This document shows, piece by piece, positions 20,343 to 34,810 of a stretch of 64,000 nt of DNA (position 1 is the first letter of the stretch; the number at the start of each line of letters is the position of its first letter). The notes below the pieces were generated by a model, which did no database searches, was not told where the DNA came from, and saw only the letters and a list, made by a program, of their open reading frames with translations. This DNA comes from Alphaproteobacteria bacterium (lineage in GTDB: Bacteria > Pseudomonadota > Alphaproteobacteria > UBA828): assembly GCA_965214705.1 (NCBI GenBank), contig OZ243972.1, positions 3,872,001 to 3,936,000 on the forward strand, read 5' to 3'. The position numbers and the translations under genes are program-made.

Positions 20343-21214
20343 GCCAGAGAGCGGAATTCCGCCGGGCACCCGGCTACTGGCCGCGCGCGGCGCTGTTCTA
20401 CCTGTACTTGCTGTTCCTCTACGGGCCGATCCTGATCATCGCCGTGCTGTCATTTCAGGGACCGCTGGCCTCGATGACGTTCCCGATGCAGGGGCTCTCT
20501 CTTCACTGGTTCAGCGAGGTGGTCGATCCGGGCGGCTTCAGCCGCCAGGACTTCCGCATGCCCTTCGTGCGCTCGCTGATCCTCGCCATCATCGTCATGG
20601 TCCTGACGATGGGGCTTTCGTTCCTGGCCGGATTGGCGTTCCGCAAGAGCTTCAAGGGCAACATCGTTGTCTTCTACGTCGTGGTGGCGAGCCTGATCGC
20701 GCCGTCGGCGTTGATCAGCCTCGGCATCGGGCTGGGCTTCAACGAGCTCGGCCTGCAGAGCCAGTGGTATACCGGCGCCCTCGGCGCGCATCTGAGCTGG
20801 ACTCTGCCGTTCGGCGTTCTGATCATGCTGGCGATCTTCAGCCGCTTGGACCCGTCGCTGGAAGAGGCGGCGCGCGACCAGGGCGCGACCGAATGGCAGA
20901 CTCTGCGCAATGTAATTGTGCCAATCACCCTGCCGGGCCTGATCGGCGTGGCGCTGTTCGGATTCACGCTCTCTTACGACGAATACCCGCGCACCTCGAC
21001 CATCGTGGGCGAATTCAACACGCTGCCGGTCGAGGTGATGAACACGATCAACATCGCGGCGACACCGGTCATCTACGCGATCGGAACGATGACGACGCTG
21101 TTCTCGCTCTTGGTCATCTTCGCGAGCTTCCTCGCCGTCTACATCATTCAGAAGCGGCGGACCGGCGCTGGCTTGGGCATCGCCCGGAAGGCCGCAAAGG
21201 CGGACAGCAGTTAA
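20339..21214 (+). CDS. ABC permease PotC-like
   Basis: GTG start overlapping upstream stop; FLYGP, LEEAARDQGA, FTLSYDE. Confidence 0.92.
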   Translation: MSQRAEFRRAPGYWPRAALFYLYLLFLYGPILIIAVLSFQGPLASMTFPMQGLSLHWFSEVVDPGGFSRQDFRMPFVRSLILAIIVMVLTMGLSFLAGLAFRKSFKGNIVVFYVVVASLIAPSALISLGIGLGFNELGLQSQWYTGALGAHLSWTLPFGVLIMLAIFSRLDPSLEEAARDQGATEWQTLRNVIVPITLPGLIGVALFGFTLSYDEYPRTSTIVGEFNTLPVEVMNTINIAATPVIYAIGTMTTLFSLLVIFASFLAVYIIQKRRTGAGLGIARKAAKADSS

Positions 21215-21316
21215 TTCGGGCCGCGGGCGCGGGCCGGGGCCGGCAGGAGCCGGCTACCGGCCGTTGCGGTGCGCCGGCCCGGCTATGACCGAACCCGGCG
21301 ATCGGGAGGAGGAAGA

Positions 21317-23371
21317 ATGGCTTTTCGCTTAGGGGTGGACGTTGGCGGGACGTTCACCGATCTCTTGCTGATCGACGAATCGAGCGGCGGCACCTACCGC
21401 GCGAAGGTACCGTCCACCCCGCAGGATTCCTCGATCGGCGTGCTCAACGGCATCGAGCGGGTGTGCGATAACGCGGGCGTCGAGCCGGCCTCGATCACCC
21501 ACGTGATGCACGGCACCACGGTCGCGACCAACACCATCCTGGAAGGGAAGGGCGCCCGCGTCGGCATCGTGACCACCGAGGGCTACGGGCAGATGCTGCA
21601 GATCGCCCGTTCCTTCGTGCCCGGCATCCTCGCCGGTTGGATCATCTGGCCCAAGCCCGAGCCGCTTGCACCACTAGATCTCACCGTCGAGGCGAAGGAG
21701 CGCACCGGCGCGCGGGGCGACGTGGTCCGCGAGCTGAACGAGGACGATCTGCGCGAGAAGCTCACCCATCTCAAGACGAAAGGGATCGAGGCGCTGACCG
21801 TCTGCCTGATGAACGCCTATGCCGGCGGCATCCACGAAGAGCAGATCCGCGAGATCGCCCACGAGGTCATGCCCGGCGTGCCGGTCTCGATCTCGTCCGA
21901 GGTCCTGCCGGAGATGTACGAGTACGAGCGCGCGATCACCACGGTCGCCAACTCCTACGTGGCACCGGTGGTTCAAGTCTACGTCCGCAACCTGGAGCAG
22001 GAGCTGAAGCAGCGCAAAATCGACGCCCACCTTCACATCCTGCGCTCGGACGGCGGTCTCGCCTCGGTCGAGGCCAGCCGCAACTCGCCGGTGAACGTGC
22101 TGATGAGCGGTCCTGCCGGCGGTGTTGCCGGCGCGCTCTGGATTGCCAAGCAGGCCGGCTACCAGAACCTGCTCACGCTTGATATGGGCGGCACGTCCAC
22201 CGATGTGGCGCTAATTCTCGACGGCGTGCCGCGCAAGCGGCGCGAGACCACGGTGGGTGATGTCACGGTGCGTGCACCCTCGCTCGACGTGCGTACCGTG
22301 GGCGCCGGCGGCGGCTCGATCGCCCATGTGCCCGAGATCACGCGCGCGCTTCGTGTCGGGCCGCAGAGCGCGGGCGCCGATCCGGGGCCTGCGGCCTACG
22401 GGATGGGCGGCGACCAGCCGACCGTCACCGATGCCAACGTCGTTCTCGGCTATCTGCCGAGCGAGCTGATCGGCGGCGAGATGAAGCTCGATGTCGATGC
22501 CGCCGTCAACGCGGTGCAGACCGTCGCCACGGCTTTGGGTCTCGATCTCAAGCGGGCTGCGGCCGGCATCATCGACATCGTCAACGAGAACATGTTCGGT
22601 GCGCTCAGGCTGGTCTCGGTGCAGCAAGGGTTCGATCCGCGCGACTTCGCGCTAATCGCCTTCGGCGGGGCCGGGCCGCTGCACGCCAACGCGCTCGCCA
22701 AGCTGATGAACTCGTGGCCGGTCATCATCCCACCCTCGCCCGGCGTGCTCTGTGCTTACGGCGATGCCACGACGCGGGTGACCGACGAGGCCTCCATGAG
22801 CTTCGTCCGACGCTTCTCGGAGACCTCGGACGCCGAGGTGCGCGGCATCCTCGACGACCTTGAGACCCGCGCCCGGCAGGAGCTCGATGCCGAGGGCATC
22901 GCGCGCGAGGACCAGACCGTGCAGTACGAGGTGGACCTCCGCTACCACGGCCAGGGGCTGCAGTTGCCCGTAAGCTTCACGGCCGAGGAGTTCGAGCGCG
23001 AGGGCCTCGCCTGGCTCGCCAAGCAGTTCGACGACGAGCACACTCAGCTCTTCACCTTCGCGCTCGACGCGGAGCACGAGATCGTGACGCTGCGCGCCAT
23101 CATGCGCGGCGCCGAGACCTTCGTCGAGGCCGGTCACGTGGCCGAGGGCGGCGCCGATCCGTCGGCGGCCAAGGTTGCGAGCGGCACGGTTTATGTCGAC
23201 AATCGCGACCAGGAGGCCACCGTCTACGACCGCGGCAGGCTCCAGGCCGGCAACCGGATCGAGGGGCCGGCGATCGTGACCGAGATGGATTCGACGACGC
23301 TGGTATTGCCGGGCCATGTGGGCGTGGTCGACGGATACGGCAACATCATCATCAACCCGGTCGGCCACTGA
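21317..23371 (+). CDS. hyuA: Hydantoinase/oxoprolinase subunit A (N-methylhydantoinase A-like)
   Basis: [32 protein letters not shown]. Confidence 0.92.
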   Translation: MAFRLGVDVGGTFTDLLLIDESSGGTYRAKVPSTPQDSSIGVLNGIERVCDNAGVEPASITHVMHGTTVATNTILEGKGARVGIVTTEGYGQMLQIARSFVPGILAGWIIWPKPEPLAPLDLTVEAKERTGARGDVVRELNEDDLREKLTHLKTKGIEALTVCLMNAYAGGIHEEQIREIAHEVMPGVPVSISSEVLPEMYEYERAITTVANSYVAPVVQVYVRNLEQELKQRKIDAHLHILRSDGGLASVEASRNSPVNVLMSGPAGGVAGALWIAKQAGYQNLLTLDMGGTSTDVALILDGVPRKRRETTVGDVTVRAPSLDVRTVGAGGGSIAHVPEITRALRVGPQSAGADPGPAAYGMGGDQPTVTDANVVLGYLPSELIGGEMKLDVDAAVNAVQTVATALGLDLKRAAAGIIDIVNENMFGALRLVSVQQGFDPRDFALIAFGGAGPLHANALAKLMNSWPVIIPPSPGVLCAYGDATTRVTDEASMSFVRRFSETSDAEVRGILDDLETRARQELDAEGIAREDQTVQYEVDLRYHGQGLQLPVSFTAEEFEREGLAWLAKQFDDEHTQLFTFALDAEHEIVTLRAIMRGAETFVEAGHVAEGGADPSAAKVASGTVYVDNRDQEATVYDRGRLQAGNRIEGPAIVTEMDSTTLVLPGHVGVVDGYGNIIINPVGH

Positions 23372-23388
23372 GGCGGGGGAGAAGCGAC

Positions 23389-25314
23389 ATGCCAGTCACC
23401 ATCGTCCAGACCAACGACGCGCCGTTCGAGCCGGTCGACATGGACCCGATCACTCTCGACATCATCGAGAGTGCGCTGCGCAGCGCCCGCTACGAGATGG
23501 ACGCCGTGCTCTACCGCACCGCCATGTCGCCGGGAATTCGCGAGCAGCACGACGAGTTCCCGATGATCGCGAACCCCGACGGCAAGATGGTCGTCGGCCA
23601 GTTCGGCTCCTTCATCCACGGCTTCAAGCGCGAATACGATGGCACCATCGAGGAGGGGGATATTTTCCTCACCTCCGATCCCTATAGCTGCGCCGGCGCC
23701 ATCAGCCATGCGCCGGACTGGCTGATTCTCAGGCCGGTGTACCGCGACGGCCGGCTGATCGCCTATGCCTCGATGTTCGGCCACATGACCGATGTCGGCG
23801 GCAAGGTGCCGGGGAGCCTCCCGACGGATGCCAACCAGATCTACGAGGAAGGCGTCGTCATCCCCATCGTCAAGATCTACAAGAACGATGAGCTGCAGGA
23901 AGACGTGCTCAAGGTGATCCTGCACCAGTGCAGGATGCCGCAGTGGAACCGGAGCGACTTCAACGCGCTGATCGCCGCTGTTCGCCTCGCCGAGAAACGC
24001 ATTCACGAGCTCTGCGATCGCTTCGGCGTGGATACCGTGATCGCCGCGATGGACGAGCTGCTGGAGCGCAACCGCCGCGCGATGCTGCACCTGATCCGCA
24101 ACACGGTGGGCGAGGACGAGACCCTCTACTTCGAGGACTACATCTGCGACGACGGCCTCGGCATGGGCCCGTACAAGATGGCCTGCAAGATGTGGCGCGA
24201 CGGCGACGTCCTGGTGTTCGACTTCGACGGCACCGATCCGCAGTCGGAAAGCTCGATCAACTTCTTCCTCAACGAAGAAATGTTCAAGATGTTCGTCGGC
24301 GTCTACATGATCAACGTCTTCGATCCGCAGATCATGTTCAACGACGGCTTCTACGACCACGTCGACGTGAAGATCCCGCCGGGCACGCTGCTGAAGCCGC
24401 TGAAGCCGGCGGCGCTCTCCTCGCGCACCCACGCGCTCGGCCGCATCTTCGATGTGCTGGGCGGCCTGCTCGGCCAGCGCGCGCCCAACCTCATGGTGGC
24501 GGCCGGCTTCTCCGACAGCCCGCACTTCATGTATTCGGGCTATTCCAGCGAGGGCGAGTGGTACCAGCTCTACCAGATCGGCTTCGGCGGCATCCCCGGC
24601 CGGCCGGCCGGGGACGGCCCCGACGGGCACTCGCTCTGGCCCTCGTTCACCAACGTCCCCAACGAGTTCCTGGAGGCGTACTTCCCGCTCCGCATCGAGG
24701 TCTACGAGACCATCGCGGATTCCGGCGGCCCCGGCCTTCACCGCGGCGGCAACGGCGTCACCATCGGCTACCGGGCGCTCGAGCCCGGCGAGATGTCGCT
24801 GCACGACGACCGCTGGCTCACCTACCCGTGGGGCGTCAACGGCGGCCTGCCGGGCGGGCGCAGCCGCAAGGAGATCCACCGCGCCGACGGCTCCTTCGAG
24901 GTGCTGCCCTCGAAGTGCGACCACGTGAAGGTCGAGGCCGGCGACCTGCTGCTGTTTAAGACCTGGGGCGGCGGCGGCTGGGGCGATCCGCTGGAGCGCG
25001 ATCCCGCTCTGGTGGCGCTGGAGGTAGAGCGCGGGCTGGTCACGCGGGCTGGCGCAGAGCGCTACGGCGTGGTGCTGCGCGACGACCTGATGGTCGACGA
25101 AGAGGCCACGACCGCGCTTCGCGACAAGCTCCGCGCCGCTCGCGGCGAGGTGCAGCTTTTCGATCGCGGCGGCACCGTCGAGGAGCTGCGCGCGCGCTGC
25201 CTGGCGGAGACCGAGCTCGCGCCACCCAAGCCGCCGGAGTTCAACCGGCGCGTACTGCGCTTCCTGCAGGAGCGGGAGGCCAAGGCCGCCGAGGCCGGCG
25301 CCGCGGCGGAGTAG
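23389..25314 (+). CDS. hyuB: Hydantoinase B/oxoprolinase subunit
   Basis: DPITLDII, HAPD, GHMTDVGGKVPGS, GGGGWGDP. Confidence 0.92.
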   Translation: MPVTIVQTNDAPFEPVDMDPITLDIIESALRSARYEMDAVLYRTAMSPGIREQHDEFPMIANPDGKMVVGQFGSFIHGFKREYDGTIEEGDIFLTSDPYSCAGAISHAPDWLILRPVYRDGRLIAYASMFGHMTDVGGKVPGSLPTDANQIYEEGVVIPIVKIYKNDELQEDVLKVILHQCRMPQWNRSDFNALIAAVRLAEKRIHELCDRFGVDTVIAAMDELLERNRRAMLHLIRNTVGEDETLYFEDYICDDGLGMGPYKMACKMWRDGDVLVFDFDGTDPQSESSINFFLNEEMFKMFVGVYMINVFDPQIMFNDGFYDHVDVKIPPGTLLKPLKPAALSSRTHALGRIFDVLGGLLGQRAPNLMVAAGFSDSPHFMYSGYSSEGEWYQLYQIGFGGIPGRPAGDGPDGHSLWPSFTNVPNEFLEAYFPLRIEVYETIADSGGPGLHRGGNGVTIGYRALEPGEMSLHDDRWLTYPWGVNGGLPGGRSRKEIHRADGSFEVLPSKCDHVKVEAGDLLLFKTWGGGGWGDPLERDPALVALEVERGLVTRAGAERYGVVLRDDLMVDEEATTALRDKLRAARGEVQLFDRGGTVEELRARCLAETELAPPKPPEFNRRVLRFLQEREAKAAEAGAAAE

Positions 25315-25345
25315 GGCGCCCGCGCCACTCCGACTTCAAACGGAG

Positions 25346-25373
25346 AGAGGGGGCCGCACGGCCCCCTCTTTCT
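25346..25373 (+). terminator. Rho-independent terminator
   Basis: AGAGGGGGCC-GCAC-GGCCCCCTCT then TTCT. Confidence 0.8.
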
Positions 25374-25460
25374 ATAGGAATCACATAGTTAGACTAACGA
25401 CAAAAGGAGTGTATCCGGTCGGGCTTCGCCATACAGGTAGTCGGCGATGCCGGTGGACTT

Positions 25461-26291
25461 TCATCCGGTCGGCAGATCGCCCTTGAGAAGGTCTGTCCAC
25501 AACTCGCCCGTGCAGCGATCGCCAGACCAGCCGCAGCCATCCGGTGCATAGACAACTCTGTTCTGGGCGTTGGAATCGTCCTCATAGGAACGCCACAGTC
25601 GTACGGACACGGCGTCGGGCCGGTCGACTTGAAGCCGATCGTAAGCTGCCCGCATCATGGTCTTGACTGCGGTCCTAGACGTCGGATCGGCGCCGGGTAT
25701 TTCTATCTCCAGCGTGACGCGCCGGCGGACCTGGCCGAAGGAGTTGTCGTTCTCCTTCACGAGGACATAGACCATAGGTGACCCATCACCGTTGTCGGAG
25801 AGTAACTCTGAGGGCGCTTCCGCCACTACATCTGCGAAATCCACTGCGGCGACGGTCGAGACATCTTCGGGCTGCGAGTCTGGTACGACAGCCATCGCGT
25901 CGAGACCGGGCTGTTCATCTGTCGGGAGACCCTGAAACACGTAGCTGGATGGCTCAACTCCTCCACTGAGCGCGAGGGCGGTATCGAGGTTGGTCTCCAC
26001 ACGGGTGAGACGTTGATTGATGCCACCGAGCTGCTGCCCCACCGCAGAGAGGCGCTGGTCAAACCCGTCAACGCGCTCTTCCAGACGCGCCAAGGTCTGG
26101 TCGATACTGCCAAGCTTCGGCTCAAGCACAGCTACGCGATGACCAACGTCGGCAACGTCGCCGCGCAAACTGTCGACGCTTGTGCCCAAAGCGCGAATGT
26201 CAGCCTGAGTGATGGAGTGTAAGCCGACGGTGACGCCGATGACCACCACGCCGACGCCGATCAATGCTATCGTCTGCTGCTCAAGTGCCAT
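25461..26291 (-). CDS. Hypothetical membrane-anchored coiled-coil protein with C-terminal globular domain
   Basis: N-terminal TM, heptad L/V repeats, C-terminal YAPDGCGWSG; lower GC than flanks. Confidence 0.7.
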   Translation of the reverse strand: MALEQQTIALIGVGVVVIGVTVGLHSITQADIRALGTSVDSLRGDVADVGHRVAVLEPKLGSIDQTLARLEERVDGFDQRLSAVGQQLGGINQRLTRVETNLDTALALSGGVEPSSYVFQGLPTDEQPGLDAMAVVPDSQPEDVSTVAAVDFADVVAEAPSELLSDNGDGSPMVYVLVKENDNSFGQVRRRVTLEIEIPGADPTSRTAVKTMMRAAYDRLQVDRPDAVSVRLWRSYEDDSNAQNRVVYAPDGCGWSGDRCTGELWTDLLKGDLPTG

Positions 26292-26376
26292 AGGAGTTCA
26301 CGCCGAACTGGGAATGGCGCGCTGCTCTGATGACATTATGTCCAATATTTCACCATTTTCAATGGGCGCACCCAGC

Positions 26377-26421
26377 TTGCGCGACAAGATGCGCGCGGCG
26401 CGAGGCGAGGTGCAGCTCTTG
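26377..26421 (+). pseudogene. 15-codon relic of a hyuB homologue
   Basis: LRDKMRAARGEVQLL versus LRDKLRAARGEVQLF at 25117-25161. Confidence 0.75.
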
Positions 26422-26594
26422 GCGGTCTCGCGGGAGTTGCCCGGGATATAGGGGTTGCAGGAGGCGCAGGCGCAGGGCACTTGCGCTGCCGCCAACCTTG
26501 TACTGGTCTCGTGTCGACGGCGGGCCTGGCCCGTATTCCTCACCACGGTCGCGGCCTGCGTCGCTTCAGGCGAAGCGGAGAAGGGAGAGACGAC

Positions 26595-27896
26595 ATGGCG
26601 ATGGATTTGATCGTGCGCGGCGCCAATCTGCCCGATGGGCGGGTCGGCGTGGACATCGGCGTGCAGGACGGGCGCATTGTCGCCGTGGAGCCGGCGCTGG
26701 AGGCCGAGGCAGGTCAGGAGATCGACGCCACGGATCGGCTGGTCTCGCCGCCCTTCATCGACGCTCACTTCCACATGGATGCGACGCTGGCGCGCGCCCT
26801 GACCGATGCCCTGCCGCGGCCCGATCAATCCGGCCTCCTCTTCGAGGGCATCTACCTGTGGGATGAGCTGAAGAAGCAGTTGACCCCGGAGGCGGTTGCC
26901 GAGCGGGCGATGACCTATTGCGACATGGCCATCGCCCAGGGAATCCAGGCGATCCGCAGCCATGTGGACGTCTGCGACCCAAGGTTGACGGGGGTCGAGG
27001 CGCTGCTGGAGGTCAGGCGCCGGGTCGCGCCGTACATCGACCTGCAGCTCATCGCCTTCCCGCAGATGGGCTACTACCGCTACGCAGGCGCGCAGGATCT
27101 CCTGCGACGGGCGCTCGACATGGGCGTCGAGGTGGTCGGCGGCATCCCGCATTTCGAGCGCTCGATGGCCGAGGGCACTGAGTCGGTGACCGAGCTCATG
27201 GAGATTGCGGCAGAGCGCGGGCTGCTGGTGGACATGCACTGCGACGAGACCGACGATCCCATGTCGCGCCACATCGAGACGCTGGCGAGGGAGACCCGCC
27301 GCCTCGGCCTGCAGGGGCGGGTGACGGCCTCGCATCTGGCCTCCATGCACGTCATGGACAACTACTACGTCAGCAAGCTGATCCCGCTGATCGCGGAATC
27401 GGAGATTAGCGTGACCCCCAATCCTCTCACCAACATCGCGGCGTGGGGACACAACAACGGCAGCTACCCGAAGTGGCGCGGCATGACGCGCGTGCCGGAG
27501 CTGAGAGAGGCCGGCATCACGCTTGCCTTCGGTCAGGATTGCGTGATGGACCCCTGGTACGTCTACGGCTGCGCCGACATGCTGGAGGTCGCGCACATGG
27601 GCTCGCACGTGGCGGCCATGTTCGGGGCCGAAGAGGTGCGGGCCTGCTTCGACGCGATCACCGTGAACCCCGCCAGGATGATGCAGCTTGAGGGCTACGG
27701 GCTGGAGCCCGGCTGCCATGCCGACATGGTCGTGCTCCAGGCCGCGGACCCGCTTGAGGCGATCCGGCTCAGGGCAACACGGCTCGCGGTGATCCGGCGC
27801 GGCGAGGTGGTGGCGCGCACGCCTGCGGCCGTGACGGAACTTTCCGTGCCGGGGCGGCCGAACACCGTGGAACTGACCTACAAGCCGGGCGACTAG
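26595..27896 (+). CDS. codA: Cytosine deaminase-like amidohydrolase (possible creatinine deiminase)
   Basis: DAHFHMD, GGIPHFE, DMHCDETDD, FGQDCVMDPWY. Confidence 0.85.
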   Translation: MAMDLIVRGANLPDGRVGVDIGVQDGRIVAVEPALEAEAGQEIDATDRLVSPPFIDAHFHMDATLARALTDALPRPDQSGLLFEGIYLWDELKKQLTPEAVAERAMTYCDMAIAQGIQAIRSHVDVCDPRLTGVEALLEVRRRVAPYIDLQLIAFPQMGYYRYAGAQDLLRRALDMGVEVVGGIPHFERSMAEGTESVTELMEIAAERGLLVDMHCDETDDPMSRHIETLARETRRLGLQGRVTASHLASMHVMDNYYVSKLIPLIAESEISVTPNPLTNIAAWGHNNGSYPKWRGMTRVPELREAGITLAFGQDCVMDPWYVYGCADMLEVAHMGSHVAAMFGAEEVRACFDAITVNPARMMQLEGYGLEPGCHADMVVLQAADPLEAIRLRATRLAVIRRGEVVARTPAAVTELSVPGRPNTVELTYKPGD

Positions 27897-27932
27897 GGCA
27901 GCGGCCGACGCGCGGCCCCTAGGGGTGGCCGG

Positions 27933-27972
27933 CATCCCGGCATGTCCCGCTTTGTCCCGCCTTGTCTCGCTT
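27933..27972 (+). repeat. 10-bp-period tandem repeat (TGTCCCGCTT-like, about 4 units)
   Basis: TCCCG at 27935, 27945, 27955; TCTCG at 27965. Confidence 0.6.
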
Positions 27973-28061
27973 CGCCCCGGTGCGGCGCCCGATAATGGTG
28001 TACACAAGGGGGAGATGGGCGGCCGGCAGCGGCGGCCACGAGAACGGGAAAGGACGGAGCG

Positions 28062-28841
28062 ATGTTGGGCAAGGTGGAGAGCGTCTGGCGCTATCCCGTG
28101 AAGAGCATGCGGGGCGAGGAGGTCGACGAGATCTTCGTGGCCTTCACCGGGCTGATGGGCGACCGGGTCTATGCGATCGCGTCCGACGCCGCCGACCCGG
28201 CGTTCCCCTGGCACACCGCGCGGGAGCAGGAGGACCTGGTGCTCTACCAGGCGCGCTTCAAGCAGCGCGATGGCACGCTCAAGCCCGACAACATGGAACA
28301 GGCGATGGGCCATCCCGCCAACATCCACGCGCCGTTCCCGGAGGCAGATGCCTTCGCCGTGGAGGTCGAGCGGCCCGACGGCTCGGTCGTGGACATCGAG
28401 GACCCGGCCTTCCTGGACGGGATCAAGGACCGGTCCAAGGGCGCGCTCTCGCTGCGCTTCACCCAGCGGAGCCTGGTAGATTGCCGCCCGATCACGCTGT
28501 TCTCGCTCCAGACCGTGGGCCAGCTTGCTGAGGAGACCGGCATCGACGTTCACAAGCTGCAGTTCCGCTCCAACCTCTACGTCGACTGGGCGGAGCAGGG
28601 CGGCTTCTACGAGGACGAGCTGGTGGGCAAGCGGGTCGCGGTGGGCGACGCGGTGGAACTGATGGTCGTGGAGCGCGACCCGCGCTGCAAGTTCATCACC
28701 ATCCACCCGGAGACCGCCGAAACCACGCCCGCGTTGCTCAAGCACGTCAACCGGACGCGGGACGGCTTCGCCGGGGTCTACGCGGCGGTGATCAAGGAAG
28801 GGCCGGTCAAGGCCGGCGACGAAATCGCGCTGGTGGACTGA
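28062..28841 (+). CDS. MOSC domain protein
   Basis: [25 protein letters not shown]. Confidence 0.92.
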   Translation: MLGKVESVWRYPVKSMRGEEVDEIFVAFTGLMGDRVYAIASDAADPAFPWHTAREQEDLVLYQARFKQRDGTLKPDNMEQAMGHPANIHAPFPEADAFAVEVERPDGSVVDIEDPAFLDGIKDRSKGALSLRFTQRSLVDCRPITLFSLQTVGQLAEETGIDVHKLQFRSNLYVDWAEQGGFYEDELVGKRVAVGDAVELMVVERDPRCKFITIHPETAETTPALLKHVNRTRDGFAGVYAAVIKEGPVKAGDEIALVD

Positions 28842-28888
28842 GGGTGGAGGCCCGGCCGCCGTTATTTCTGTAGCGGGAGCATCGCGAC

Positions 28889-32533
<3,645 letters not shown>

Positions 32534-32568
32534 CTGTGAGCCAAACGAGAATCTAGGGGAGAACTGCC

Positions 32569-32964
32569 ATGACGCTAACGCTCGACGAAGCCAACCGAGT
32601 CGCCGAGGGCGCGATGGAACACGCGCGCAGTATCGATATTCTGGTCTGCGTCGCGGTCTGCGATGCAGGCGGTAAGCTGGTTTCGTTCCAGCGCATGGAC
32701 GGCGCCATCTGGGCCGCCGTCTACGGCTGCCAGGGCAAGGCCGCTGCGTCGGCTGCGTTCGGCCGCCCGAGCGGTGACCTCACCGAGAGGGCGGACCATC
32801 CCACCTTCCGCGGCATCGTCGCGAAAGACGGCGGCCACATGATCCTGGGCCGCGGTGCCGTGCCCATCGTGCGCGACGGCCAGGTCATCGGCGCCTGCGG
32901 TGTCGGTGGCGGCACCGGCGAGGAGGACGAGGATTGCGCCAGGGCCGGCGTCGCTGGGCTCTGA
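32569..32964 (+). CDS. GlcG/HbpS family heme-binding protein
   Basis: AVCDAGG, RMDGA, GKA, IGACGVGG..EDE. Confidence 0.9.
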   Translation: MTLTLDEANRVAEGAMEHARSIDILVCVAVCDAGGKLVSFQRMDGAIWAAVYGCQGKAAASAAFGRPSGDLTERADHPTFRGIVAKDGGHMILGRGAVPIVRDGQVIGACGVGGGTGEEDEDCARAGVAGL

Positions 32965-32997
32965 GCGTCGGTCGAGCGGCGCACGGGACGCGGCCGC

Positions 32998-34686
32998 TCA
33001 GTCGTAGCGGTAGTCGCGCCGCGCGCCTTCCGGCGTAATCCAGCCTTCGCTCAGGTCTTCGGCAATCATGGCGGGGTCGCGCTCGGCGGGATCGCCGTAG
33101 CCGCCCGCGCCCGGCGCGATCAGGCGGATGCGGTCACCGGGGCCGATGGTCGCGTTGGCGAACTTGCTGGGCGAGGTCTTGCCGAAGGCCTCGGTGAAGG
33201 GGCGCCAGCCGTTGCCGCCGGCCTGCTGGTAGAAGAGCCCGCCCGTCGCCCCCGCGCCGCCGCCGAGCAGGCCCCAGGGGCGCATCTTGTGGCGGTCGGA
33301 GACCGAGCTCACGGTGATCTCCGTGTCCATGCAGCGCAGGATCTTGGCGAGTGCATGGGCGCCCCGGAACTGGCCGGGCCCGGCGGTGTCCGGCTGCAGC
33401 GCATACTCCTCGACCATCCACGGATAGCGCACCTCGAATACCTCGATCGGCACCATGCGCGAGTTGCCGTTGATGCAGTTGATGACCTCGTTGCCGTCGG
33501 CGAAGGGCCGCCCGCCCCAGGCGGCGCAGGTGAAGTCGTAGCAGACCACGTAGTCGCCCGAGCGCGGGTCGGTGGTGCCGAACAGGAAGTTGCTGTGGGT
33601 GCCCGCGTCGGTGGCGAAGGCGCGATCCGGCACGCACTGCGAAAGCGCGGCGATGATGGTGTAGGCGATGCGGATGTGGGTCTCGGTGTTGCCGCCGACA
33701 CAGGTCGCCGGATAGTCCGCGTTCACCATCGAGCCGCCGGGCGCCACGATCTTGATCGGGCGGAAGCAGCCGGAGTTCTTGAGGATCGACGGGTCGGTGA
33801 GGTGCAGGATCGCGTTGTAGGCAGAGGACCAGGCGACCGAGAGGACGGCGTTGATCGGCCCTTGCGCTTGCGCATCCGAGCCGCCGTAGTCGACCACCAC
33901 CTCGTCGCCCTGGACGTGGACATCGACGTGGATCTTGTATGGGCGGTCCTCGATGCCGTCGTCCTCCATGTAGTCGGCGAAGCTGTAGACCCCGTCGCGG
34001 AAGGCGGAGAGCTCGGCCCGCATGCGCGCCTCCGCATAGTCCATCAGGTCGTCCGAGGTCTTGCGGAAGGTGTCCGGCCCGTACTTCTCGATCAGGGCGG
34101 TGAGGCGCGCGGCGCCCACGTCGACGGCGCTGATGAGGGCACGGAAGTCGCCGTAGTTGGTGCGCGGCGTGCGGTAGTTGGCGAGCAGCAGCTTCCACAC
34201 CTCGATCACGTCCTCGCCGCGCTCCTTGATCTTGACCGGGGGGACGCGCATGCCCTCGTGGAAGATCTCGGTGGCCTCGCCGGCGAAGCCGCCGGGCACC
34301 ATGCCGCCCACCTCCGCCACGTGGCCGATGGCGACGGCGTAGCCCATGAGCTCGCCCCGGTAGAACACGGGCTTGATGAAGGTGTGCTCGGGCGTGTGCA
34401 TGCCGCCCCGGTAGGGGTCGTTGTGGACGATGACGTCGCCTTCCTCGACCTCGTCGTGCGGGATTTCCTGGGCGGAGGTCTGGAGGACGAGCGGCAGTCC
34501 GCCGATCTGCGAGGGGTTGAACTCGGCGACCCCGATCAGGTCGCCCCGCGTGTTGCCGAGGCCGCAGGTGAAGTCCAGGCCCTCGTTGAAGATGGTCGAG
34601 TAGGAGGTCTTCATCATCGTGATTCCCATCTCGCGGCAGATGGACACCATCGTGGAATCGATGATGTTCATGGTGACCATGTCCAT
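32998..34686 (-). CDS. Hydantoinase B/oxoprolinase family protein (no adjacent A subunit)
   Basis: NDPYRGGMHTPE, HVAEVGGMVPG, GAGGYGDP. Confidence 0.92.
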   Translation of the reverse strand: MDMVTMNIIDSTMVSICREMGITMMKTSYSTIFNEGLDFTCGLGNTRGDLIGVAEFNPSQIGGLPLVLQTSAQEIPHDEVEEGDVIVHNDPYRGGMHTPEHTFIKPVFYRGELMGYAVAIGHVAEVGGMVPGGFAGEATEIFHEGMRVPPVKIKERGEDVIEVWKLLLANYRTPRTNYGDFRALISAVDVGAARLTALIEKYGPDTFRKTSDDLMDYAEARMRAELSAFRDGVYSFADYMEDDGIEDRPYKIHVDVHVQGDEVVVDYGGSDAQAQGPINAVLSVAWSSAYNAILHLTDPSILKNSGCFRPIKIVAPGGSMVNADYPATCVGGNTETHIRIAYTIIAALSQCVPDRAFATDAGTHSNFLFGTTDPRSGDYVVCYDFTCAAWGGRPFADGNEVINCINGNSRMVPIEVFEVRYPWMVEEYALQPDTAGPGQFRGAHALAKILRCMDTEITVSSVSDRHKMRPWGLLGGGAGATGGLFYQQAGGNGWRPFTEAFGKTSPSKFANATIGPGDRIRLIAPGAGGYGDPAERDPAMIAEDLSEGWITPEGARRDYRYD

Positions 34687-34810
34687 GGCCGGGGTCTCCT
34701 GAGGGGTGTCGCTCTCGGGGCGGCGGTCGCAACACTGGCGCAGGCCTCGCTAGGCCGCAAGCGGGTGGGTGCAGCGTGTGACCTCCAGTGACACATCCGG
34801 AGATCGAATT

